From Desulfocapsa sulfexigens DSM 10523 (GTDB taxonomy: Bacteria; Desulfobacterota; Desulfobulbia; Desulfobulbales; Desulfocapsaceae): 32,000 bases of DNA. Below, piece after piece: positions 24,992 through 32,000 of the stretch. Made by a program: the position numbers and the translations under genes. The stretch's first letter is position 1. Every line of letters starts with the position of its first letter. The stretch is from NCBI RefSeq assembly GCF_000341395.1, contig NC_020304.1, forward strand, positions 1,980,001 to 2,012,000. The letters run 5' to 3'. The notes below the pieces were generated by a model, which saw nothing but the letters and a program-made list of their open reading frames with translations, ran no database searches and was not told the origin of the DNA.

Positions 24992-26087
24992 GTTTGATCA
25001 GCCAGTCCACTATACGAATTGCTGAATGGCCATCCCATTTGTCAGGAATCCGTCTTTCTATCCCATTACCACTTAATGCAGCTTGAGCCGCAGCAATTAT
25101 TTTTTGGCCACTATTTCCAACGATTACGTTTGTTCCTACTTCGCAGGTGATTGGTCGTTCTGTGTTGTGTCGCATGGTGATGCATGGAACCCCCAGAACA
25201 GTGGTCTCCTCTTGCAAACCACCACTATCCGTTAAAACCAGTTTGGCATTCATGTTTAAATGGAGAAAATCGAGATAGCCCATTGGCTCAGTAATCCATA
25301 TCCCACTGACGACCGTATCCATATTTAGATAATGTGATAAGCCAAACTGCTCTATCATTTTTCTCGTTCTGGGATGGATAGGGAAAATAATAGGAAGGTC
25401 TTTACTGATTGTCTTTAAAGCCCCTAAAATTTCTTCAAGTGTTTCTTTGTCGTCAACATTGGATGGGCGATGCATTGTCAGGGTAGCGTAGCCCTTTTTC
25501 CGTAGGCCAAGTTTGGATAACAGATTTAATTGTGTCGCCATGGCCTTGTGTTTCAGTAACGTGTCAATCATCACATTACCCACAAAAATGATCTTTTCTG
25601 CTGCTACTCCTTCCGCGCGTAGGTTCTCATCGGCAAAATGGTCGGTAATAAAGAGATAGTCGCAAAGCACATCGGTACAGAGCCTGTTGATTTCTTCGGG
25701 CATTTCCATGTCCCTTGAACGTAACCCAGCTTCTACGTGCGCAACTTTGATACCAAGTTTTTTAGCTGTAATGGTACAGGCCATGGTTGAATTTACGTCG
25801 CCAACAACGATTACAAGATCAGGCTTTTCCCTGAGACAGATTTTTTCAAACAGCACCATAATCTTTGCCGTTTGCTCAGCATGGCTACCTGATCCAACTT
25901 CCAGATCGATATCTGGCTTTGGCATACCCAGATCATTAAAAAATGCCTTGGACATCTTTTCATCATAGTGCTGCCCAGTATGTACAAGTAAATGCTCTAT
26001 CTGCTCAGGGTGCTGATTCATAGCGTCAATGATTGGGGCCATTTTCATGAAGTTTGGTCTTGCACCGACAATATTAATTATCTTCAT
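24978..26087 (-). CDS. wecB: UDP-N-acetylglucosamine 2-epimerase (non-hydrolysing)
   Basis: 369 aa. The N-terminus MKIINIVGARPNFMKMAPII, HTGQHYD, and LTDSGGLQEE are canonical. Confidence 0.92.
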   Translation of the reverse strand: MKIINIVGARPNFMKMAPIIDAMNQHPEQIEHLLVHTGQHYDEKMSKAFFNDLGMPKPDIDLEVGSGSHAEQTAKIMVLFEKICLREKPDLVIVVGDVNSTMACTITAKKLGIKVAHVEAGLRSRDMEMPEEINRLCTDVLCDYLFITDHFADENLRAEGVAAEKIIFVGNVMIDTLLKHKAMATQLNLLSKLGLRKKGYATLTMHRPSNVDDKETLEEILGALKTISKDLPIIFPIHPRTRKMIEQFGLSHYLNMDTVVSGIWITEPMGYLDFLHLNMNAKLVLTDSGGLQEETTVLGVPCITMRHNTERPITCEVGTNVIVGNSGQKIIAAAQAALSGNGIERRIPDKWDGHSAIRIVDWLIKHESK

Positions 26088-26096
26088 TATTGCTCT

Positions 26097-26834
26097 CTAT
26101 TTCCTGAATCCAATTTTTGTCATAAATATCTGCCATGCAAAAACAGGTAATACCATTTGTCTTTTTATGCGTCTGGGCTCTGCCAGTAACCGATAAAACC
26201 ATTCAAGACCCAATTTACAGAAAATCTCAGGGGCTCTTTTCACCGTACCGGTAATAACATCCAGGGTTCCGCCAATCCCCTGACAGACACGAATGTGTTT
26301 TAACTTGTCCTGATGCCTTGCGAACCACTTCTCCTGTTTAGGTGAACCAAGAGCCAGAAAAAGAATCACAGCTTTGGATTCATTAATTTTATCCACAAGC
26401 ATGTCCATTTGGTCTTCAGGCCAATACCCATTACAACGTCCTGCAACCTGCAAGCCAGGTAAACGTTCTTCAAGGATCTCAACTGCTTTTTTATTCACTT
26501 CTTCTTTAGCACCATAAATAAATATCTTATACCCCTGCCTGGCAGATAAAGCACAGGTCTCCTGCATGAATTCACAACCGGGAACCCTGGATATTTGGGC
26601 ACCATGCAGTATTTTAGCTCCAAGCACCATACCAATACCATCGGGTAAAAGCAGGTCTGCATTCTTGAAACAATTATACAAGAACGGATCTGCAGGCACA
26701 GAAAAATTCTTTTCCGGATTGGTTGCAAAAATAGTGTGGGGACGGTCGCCATGATCAACGAAATCGCTGACTTTTTGCAAGGCTTCAGCCATGCTGACAG
26801 CATCGGTCCAGATATTTAATATCGGGTATCTCAT
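26097..26834 (-). CDS. WecG/TagA/CpsF-family (GT26) glycosyltransferase
   Basis: 245 aa with LLLPDGIGMVLGAKILHG, LALGSPKQEKW and QGIGGTLDVITGTVKRAP. Confidence 0.85.
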   Translation of the reverse strand: MRYPILNIWTDAVSMAEALQKVSDFVDHGDRPHTIFATNPEKNFSVPADPFLYNCFKNADLLLPDGIGMVLGAKILHGAQISRVPGCEFMQETCALSARQGYKIFIYGAKEEVNKKAVEILEERLPGLQVAGRCNGYWPEDQMDMLVDKINESKAVILFLALGSPKQEKWFARHQDKLKHIRVCQGIGGTLDVITGTVKRAPEIFCKLGLEWFYRLLAEPRRIKRQMVLPVFAWQIFMTKIGFRK

Positions 26835-26846
26835 GTCAGTATGACC

Positions 26847-28640
26847 TCATTCTTTAATGACAGAAATAGTGGTTGTAAAAGAGACGTTGTCGGGGAAACC
26901 ACATTTAATGACCTGGATGGTGGTGGTTGGCTCTTTCTTGCCATAGGCTGGAGAGTACCAACCTGCAAAGGGGGCTTGTTGCCCACGCAGGAGATTGATT
27001 GTATCGGCATTGATGGTAAGAGACATGACGATATTGTCATGATGTAAATAAAGGCAATTCCCTTCTTTTTCAACTGTCACCAACGGATGGAGGTGAAAAT
27101 GCAGCGAATATTCATGATTACCACCACCTGCAAAGCTGTCTTCAATGGTTAAAATTCCATCAGGATCAAAAGTCAGCGTACGGCTGTGGCTGACAGCTAA
27201 GTTTTGCAGAACATAACCGTTGTGAGTACCGGTAACAATGTGCTGCCCTTCATCGGTAACTCTGTGGTTGCAGGAGACCGTAAACGAATGATCCCAGACA
27301 AAACTGGTGAGTTGTCTGGCTTGATCACGCCCATCTATGCATACTGTATTGTGGGCATTTGTACTTTTGAAATATCGGCGTAGGGTCGTGTCACCATTGT
27401 ATTGAAAGGTTCCCGGATCAATAAGAAAATCTTTATCCCCAACCGAGACAAAGATAGATAGACAATCCGCATGGCCATGATTGTTCAATGGTTCCATGCC
27501 AAGTATGCCATGATCAAAGAGAACACGTAAGCCGTTTTTGTCCCTTAAAAGAGAATAGCCACTATCGGTAAAAGATTCAAAAGGTTCTGGTAGATTGCTG
27601 GTGGGTAGGATTTTTCGTAATGGAAACAGGTAGGGAGCAACAGCAAAACCATCATCGCTGTCTCCAATCATAGGTAATGATTCATTCTCATGTTGAATCG
27701 TCTGCATAAATGTTTCGCCAAGCGTAACACGTTGTTGCATCTCGGAACAATCATGGAGCTTATTGTCGGTAAGAAAATGGATTGCCAACCAGTAAAGATC
27801 CAGAACAAAACGATGATAGGCAAAAGATTGTTCTGCCGGGCCGCCGTCAGCAAGGATCTGGTGACAACATTCCTGTTCTAAAAGGTCTATTCCTGTTCTT
27901 TGCCATTCCTGCCCTTGTATGCTTTGTTGAAACAGACCACCGGCCATAATCAAACCGAGAGATTCACTCACCGTGTGATTACCTAAAGAAGAGTAAAGGG
28001 ACAAACGATTTCTGACTAACCAGCCATGCTGAAAAATCGTCAACAAAAGTTTGTTTCGTTGGGCATCACTCAAATGCTCTAAATTTTGGAAGGCTTTAAT
28101 GAAGACAGGGATACGTAAACCACATTCCATCATAGACATATAATGTGGCCCATGGAGAAAGGGGTTCCGTGCCAGCCATTCAAATAGTTTGTCTTGAACA
28201 GCATGTTGAATTAATTCATATGTCTCAGCATTGCAGTCCGCAGACAGATGTTGCAACAAGATCATCAGGTGTTGTAATCTCGCAGGTTCCCATACTGAAC
28301 GAATGTCCGGGTCTCCTTTTTTTTGTTTCACCTCTACAAAAAGGCTATCTTTCCATCTGTCTGCAAAATTTTGAATCAACGCTGCATTTTCGCCAAGGGT
28401 AAATTCTTTTCCATGCAAAAGCTGGGTGATTACCTCGGAACTGACTGAAGATAATATTTTCGGAACTATAAGGTTAGTGTTTGCTGTTTTTTCGAGGTCA
28501 AAGGTGAGGTCTTTTTTATAGAAATTCGGTTTGATCGTTATTTTTTTTAAGAACAGATAGTCAGCTAATCTGTGGCGTAATTCCGCGAGAGAAGATCGCT
28601 TTAGTCTGTAGAAGTAAAATTTAAATCGTTTAATGGTCAT
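26847..28640 (-). CDS. Heparinase II/III-family protein (polysaccharide-locus type)
   Basis: 597 aa. It has WEPARLQHL in the N-terminal alpha-toroid part and HGHADCLSI in the C-terminal heparinase II/III-like domain. Confidence 0.8.
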   Translation of the reverse strand: MTIKRFKFYFYRLKRSSLAELRHRLADYLFLKKITIKPNFYKKDLTFDLEKTANTNLIVPKILSSVSSEVITQLLHGKEFTLGENAALIQNFADRWKDSLFVEVKQKKGDPDIRSVWEPARLQHLMILLQHLSADCNAETYELIQHAVQDKLFEWLARNPFLHGPHYMSMMECGLRIPVFIKAFQNLEHLSDAQRNKLLLTIFQHGWLVRNRLSLYSSLGNHTVSESLGLIMAGGLFQQSIQGQEWQRTGIDLLEQECCHQILADGGPAEQSFAYHRFVLDLYWLAIHFLTDNKLHDCSEMQQRVTLGETFMQTIQHENESLPMIGDSDDGFAVAPYLFPLRKILPTSNLPEPFESFTDSGYSLLRDKNGLRVLFDHGILGMEPLNNHGHADCLSIFVSVGDKDFLIDPGTFQYNGDTTLRRYFKSTNAHNTVCIDGRDQARQLTSFVWDHSFTVSCNHRVTDEGQHIVTGTHNGYVLQNLAVSHSRTLTFDPDGILTIEDSFAGGGNHEYSLHFHLHPLVTVEKEGNCLYLHHDNIVMSLTINADTINLLRGQQAPFAGWYSPAYGKKEPTTTIQVIKCGFPDNVSFTTTISVIKE

Positions 28641-28739
28641 TTAGAGGGACATTTATAGGGACATCGGGTGTCCTGATTTGATCAAATTGATACGATGCTT
28701 ATTCCCATAAAGTAAAATTTCAAGTCGAGTTACTTTTGG

Positions 28740-29627
28740 TTACTGATTTCCAATATATTTCCTGCCAAGTTCTGTTAATCTGTATTGTTGCAGTTTGCTG
28801 CTGGGTTTGTCAGGTATTGTGTACTCAATAAAGCCACTTTTTAAGGCGGGATTCAGATAGGCCTTATAAAAATATTTTCGATCTTTAATTCCTAAACGTA
28901 TTTGTAATTGTTCCCTATTTGTTGGCTCAGTGCAAACTCTAAGTAGTCTTACAACATGGGGGGTGTCATGGGGGGTGTCATGGGGGGTAACATGGGGGGT
29001 AACATGGGGGGTGGTTTCCACATCCGTATTCGTTTCCTTATTCAGGCTACCCATAGGATATAAAGTAACCTTAAAAAAACCACTGGAATACTCAAAAGCA
29101 GGAGTCCTGCCTTTTACCTGATGGATGGCCTGTAACACTCTTTTGATTCCCGAGCCATATTTTTCTATCAATCCAGCCTCTCTAAAAATGGAGGCTATCT
29201 GTTTGTTATGAGGTACCGAAGGGTTGGTACCGGAGAGAATGGATTCGATGGTGATTGAAGCGGGTAATTCGGCTGGGTTGAAAAATTCGATTTTATCAGA
29301 ATGAATCTTTATAGTTGAGTCGCAGGCAGCACGGTAGTCGCGATGGACTATCATATTCAGCACGATCTCTCGCACTGCTTCCATTGGATATTCCCACACC
29401 TCATCTCTTTGGGCCTTCCCTGTGATTAAATACCGTTTGCTTATATGCTTTTTTATAAACCCAAGCACTGATTCCAGTTCGGTAAAAAGATCACAGCGGA
29501 TAGTTATAGAGTCCCTGATGATAGTCTCACTATCAAAACGCCCTGCATCAATGGTGGTGAGTAATGTTTCGGAACCGGTAAATAATAGAAACGACAGGAA
29601 GTACTGCAGTGGGTTAATATCAGTCAT
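28740..29627 (-). CDS. ATP-binding/wHTH protein of the 'RecG-like C-terminal' (HATPase_c_4) family, apparently missing the usual N-terminal AlbA_2 domain
   Basis: It has YPMEAVREIVLNMIVHRDY, NKQIASIFREAGLIEKYGSGIKR, and a C-terminal wHTH (REQLQIRLGIKDRKYFYKAYLNPALKSGFIEYTIPDKPSSKLQQYRLTELG). The linker holds (TPHV/TPHD) x 5. Confidence 0.7.
   Translation of the reverse strand: MTDINPLQYFLSFLLFTGSETLLTTIDAGRFDSETIIRDSITIRCDLFTELESVLGFIKKHISKRYLITGKAQRDEVWEYPMEAVREIVLNMIVHRDYRAACDSTIKIHSDKIEFFNPAELPASITIESILSGTNPSVPHNKQIASIFREAGLIEKYGSGIKRVLQAIHQVKGRTPAFEYSSGFFKVTLYPMGSLNKETNTDVETTPHVTPHVTPHDTPHDTPHVVRLLRVCTEPTNREQLQIRLGIKDRKYFYKAYLNPALKSGFIEYTIPDKPSSKLQQYRLTELGRKYIGNQ
28955..29014. repeat. 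12-bp x 5 in-frame tandem repeat, each unit containing a G6 run
   Basis: CATGGGGGGTGT, CATGGGGGGTGT, CATGGGGGGTAA, CATGGGGGGTAA, CATGGGGGGTGG. On the minus strand this encodes TPHVTPHVTPHDTPHDTPHV. Confidence 0.9.
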
Positions 29628-29660
29628 TTATAACTCTCAAAGCTTTTATCTCCTGCATGG

Positions 29661-31832
29661 TTAATGGCTCAACAAAACCACTTCACGCCGTCTCAAAGAT
29701 TCCAAAACAGCAAAAGTAGCACGGGTAACAGCAAATATCTCATCAGGTGTAATCGGTGGAACACCACCATCCTTGATGGCGCCTAAGAAGTCACCAAGCA
29801 TCTTCTTCTGGCCCTTATCCTGTCCCATGAGTTTTTTTCGGAAAACTTTGCCGGAACCATGAATCTCCAGTTCTTTGTAATCTCGAATAATCCCCGTTGA
29901 TCCACTTGTATATATCTCAACATACTCCTTCGCCAACGATTTAGCGCCATTGGCAAAATAGGCTATAGTACCGATAGAGCCATCCTCAAATTCCAGATTA
30001 ATGCTAACGGTATCGTTTAAACTTTGAGGGTCGGGAAGCGCAGAGGAGTAGACAGACTTGGGCAAAGAGCCACACATAAAAGACATGAAATCAATGAAAT
30101 GACAAACTTCGCCAAGAATTCGTCCTCCACCAATTGTACCATCCTGGATCCAGGAGTCAGCGGGAATGGAACCAGCGCTGACCCGGTAGAGCATAGACAT
30201 GGAACCACTGCCAAGCTTATCTTTCATGATCTGGACAAGTGGAGCAAAACGACGGTTAAATCCTACCATTAAGTGACTGTCACCAGTTGCGGCATTTTCT
30301 ATCTCAGCCAGTTCTCCAAGGGTCAGACAGAGGGGTTTTTCCACGAAAACGTTTTTAGCAGTTTGCAGCGCTTCCAATACATATTCAGCATGACTGTTGT
30401 GCCGGGTGGAGATGAAGACAGTGTTTATTTCCGTATTGCCAAAGATATCTGCTTTGTCAGAAGTACAGAATTCAAAGGAAAACTTCTCTGCAACCGTTTT
30501 TGAGGTGGTACCGGATGAGGTCATTACCCCTTTATTGACAATATCAGAGTCGTTCCCAGGGATATTGGGTAATAAGCTTCCTTGGGCGTAACTTCCTGCA
30601 CCGATAAAAGCCAATCCTATTTTCCCGGCAGCCTTTACCGGGGCTACAGGGATCTTTTCTCTCTTAAGTGGCTTTTTCACATCATATTTAATAAGGATTC
30701 CAAGGAAGGGCTCACTGCGGTTAACCACCATGTCGTAAGCCTCAGGTGCATCCTCCAGCGAGAATTCATGGGTGGTTAGAAAGTCCAGATTGATCTTTTC
30801 TGTACGGATGAGTTCCTGAAAAGCTGCCATATTACGATTTTCCGTCCAGCGAACATAGGCAGCAGGGTAATCAATCCCTTTTTCTTCATAATTGATATCA
30901 TATCGCCCAGGACCGTAGGAACATGACATGCGAATATCCAGTTCTTTACGATAGTAATATGGATCCCGGTCAAACCCTGTGGGAACAGCACCAGAAACAA
31001 TGACTTTACCCTTCTTTCTAGCAATCTCACCGGCAAAGTTGATTGGCCCTAGACTATCTGTTGCGGCAGTAATAATAACAGCATCACAACCAAGGCCACT
31101 GGTAAATGCCGAAATGGAATCAGCCACACCTGTCTCTCCAAGAGCAAAGGCCAGATCGGCACAATTTTCCCGGGCCCGTTTAACTGCAGACTGATCAACA
31201 TCCAGACCAATTACCCGTATCCCTGAAGCCTGCAAAAACAAACACGACAGTTGGCCAAGCAAACCAAGGCCTATAACCGCACATGTCTCTCCAAGCCTCA
31301 GGTCGGCCTGACGAACCCCCTGCATAGCAATGGCACCAAGGGTGTTATATGCAGCTTGTTTCAGCAGTTTGTCTCCTCGCGCCTCACTCCTTTCACCTTT
31401 CACGTCCCCATTTACCTTGACGCATAAGTTTTTTGGTACAGATACAATCTCGGCATGATTGGCGGATAAACCACCGCAGGCAACTACATCACCAATTTGG
31501 AATTCTGTTATGTCAGGTGCAACATCAATGACTTCCCCGACACAGGAGTAACCAAGGGGGGAGTAAGCATCGAGTTTTTTCATGACAGCTCGATACGTTT
31601 GTACCGGCCCTTGGGTTTTTAATACATCGATAACCTGTTTAACCTGTTGGGGTCTTTCTTTGGCTTTGCCGATAAGGCCTTTTCGTGCAGTTTTGACAGT
31701 ACTGCCTTCGGTGCCCGCACTTATGAGGGAGTAGTGGTTACGAACCAATATACAACCCGAGGAGAGTGACGGCCAAGGGACTTCGATTGTTTTCATGTTG
31801 CCGTCTTTTAGTTTTTGGGCGAGTTGTTGCAT
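29661..31832 (-). CDS. Bi-domain oxidoreductase (N-terminal Zn-dependent MDR dehydrogenase plus C-terminal Gfo/Idh/MocA domain)
   Basis: 723 aa. The N-terminal part has GHEFS-type MDR features and the Rossmann motif VIGLGLLG. The C-terminal half has GLAFIGAGSYA, EKPLC and GFNRRF, typical of Gfo/Idh/MocA. Confidence 0.85.
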   Translation of the reverse strand: MQQLAQKLKDGNMKTIEVPWPSLSSGCILVRNHYSLISAGTEGSTVKTARKGLIGKAKERPQQVKQVIDVLKTQGPVQTYRAVMKKLDAYSPLGYSCVGEVIDVAPDITEFQIGDVVACGGLSANHAEIVSVPKNLCVKVNGDVKGERSEARGDKLLKQAAYNTLGAIAMQGVRQADLRLGETCAVIGLGLLGQLSCLFLQASGIRVIGLDVDQSAVKRARENCADLAFALGETGVADSISAFTSGLGCDAVIITAATDSLGPINFAGEIARKKGKVIVSGAVPTGFDRDPYYYRKELDIRMSCSYGPGRYDINYEEKGIDYPAAYVRWTENRNMAAFQELIRTEKINLDFLTTHEFSLEDAPEAYDMVVNRSEPFLGILIKYDVKKPLKREKIPVAPVKAAGKIGLAFIGAGSYAQGSLLPNIPGNDSDIVNKGVMTSSGTTSKTVAEKFSFEFCTSDKADIFGNTEINTVFISTRHNSHAEYVLEALQTAKNVFVEKPLCLTLGELAEIENAATGDSHLMVGFNRRFAPLVQIMKDKLGSGSMSMLYRVSAGSIPADSWIQDGTIGGGRILGEVCHFIDFMSFMCGSLPKSVYSSALPDPQSLNDTVSINLEFEDGSIGTIAYFANGAKSLAKEYVEIYTSGSTGIIRDYKELEIHGSGKVFRKKLMGQDKGQKKMLGDFLGAIKDGGVPPITPDEIFAVTRATFAVLESLRRREVVLLSH

Positions 31833-31855
31833 TGAGCGAGGTTCCCGAATAAAAA

Positions 31856-32000
31856 TTATTTTAGTAAATCATCTATTTTTTCAAATAATACATCACGAGA
31901 AAAGGAATTTCTAATTTGAATGACTGCCTTGCTTTTATTGATTATGTCCTCAACAGTGAGAGAATCTAGCAGCTGAGACACACTTTCCTTGTTAAAAGAA
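31856..32000 (-). CDS. 3' end of an upstream minus-strand gene (partial, product unknown; possibly a glycosyltransferase C-terminus)
   Basis: The frame is open to the window edge and ends ...SQLLDSLTVEDIINKSKAVIQIRNSFSRDVLFEKIDDLLK* with the TAA at 31856-31858, 23 nt upstream of the oxidoreductase ATG. Confidence 0.4.
   Translation of the reverse strand, partial: SFNKESVSQLLDSLTVEDIINKSKAVIQIRNSFSRDVLFEKIDDLLK

Noticed and set aside
26831-27073. 80-aa minus-strand and 68-aa plus-strand ORFs at the heparinase/WecG junction
   Set aside because: They overlap the 3' end of the 597-aa heparinase II/III-like gene in alternative frames and have no independent signals.

Overview
The window looks like chromosomal DNA from a Gram-negative, moderately AT-rich bacterium. 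The gene content (PEP-CTERM protein, PII/GlnD nitrogen sensing, APS kinase, large envelope-polysaccharide locus) would fit a Desulfobacterota-like organism, but I cannot verify that without a search.

- **1-8.9 kb:** housekeeping genes. These are manC (cut by the window edge), mtnA, and a contiguous nitrogen block, amtB / PII / glnD / glnA, ending in a clean intrinsic terminator.
- **9.1-15.9 kb, the main find:** a PEP-CTERM secreted protein, then a complete lasso-peptide (RiPP) gene cluster.
  - A 51-aa precursor on the + strand has its own sigma70-like promoter.
  - It converges, across a shared bidirectional terminator, on a minus-strand operon: ABC ATPase, ABC-2 permease (apparently frameshifted), B2 protease, PqqD/RRE B1, HPr-kinase-like kinase, Asn-synthetase-like cyclase.
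  - The predicted core is GCAGSGAD... (Gly1-Asp8 ring, two Cys, C-terminal Ser-Thr).
- **16-22 kb:** ComEA-like protein, cysC, a relic of a four-helix-bundle gene, and galU. Next comes an overlapping three-gene envelope operon (SurA-like / HAMP membrane protein / HExxH protein). The last gene is a WecA/MraY-type priming phosphoglycosyl transferase fused to a canonical PilZ (c-di-GMP) domain.
- **22-23.8 kb, accessory patch:** a DUF6364-like antitoxin gene broken by one in-frame TAA and a GNAT/DUF1778 (TacAT-like) toxin-antitoxin pair. It also holds a 266-bp unit bounded by perfect 21-bp inverted repeats and an 8-bp x 6 tandem repeat. The patch is bracketed by 25-bp direct repeats.
- **23.8-32 kb:** a minus-strand polysaccharide operon. 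It encodes a bi-domain oxidoreductase, heparinase II/III-like protein, WecG/TagA glycosyltransferase, WecB and an NTP_transf_5 nucleotidyltransferase. It is interrupted by a truncated HATPase_c_4/wHTH gene carrying a G6-containing 12-bp x 5 tandem repeat.

No rRNA, tRNA or CRISPR array was seen.
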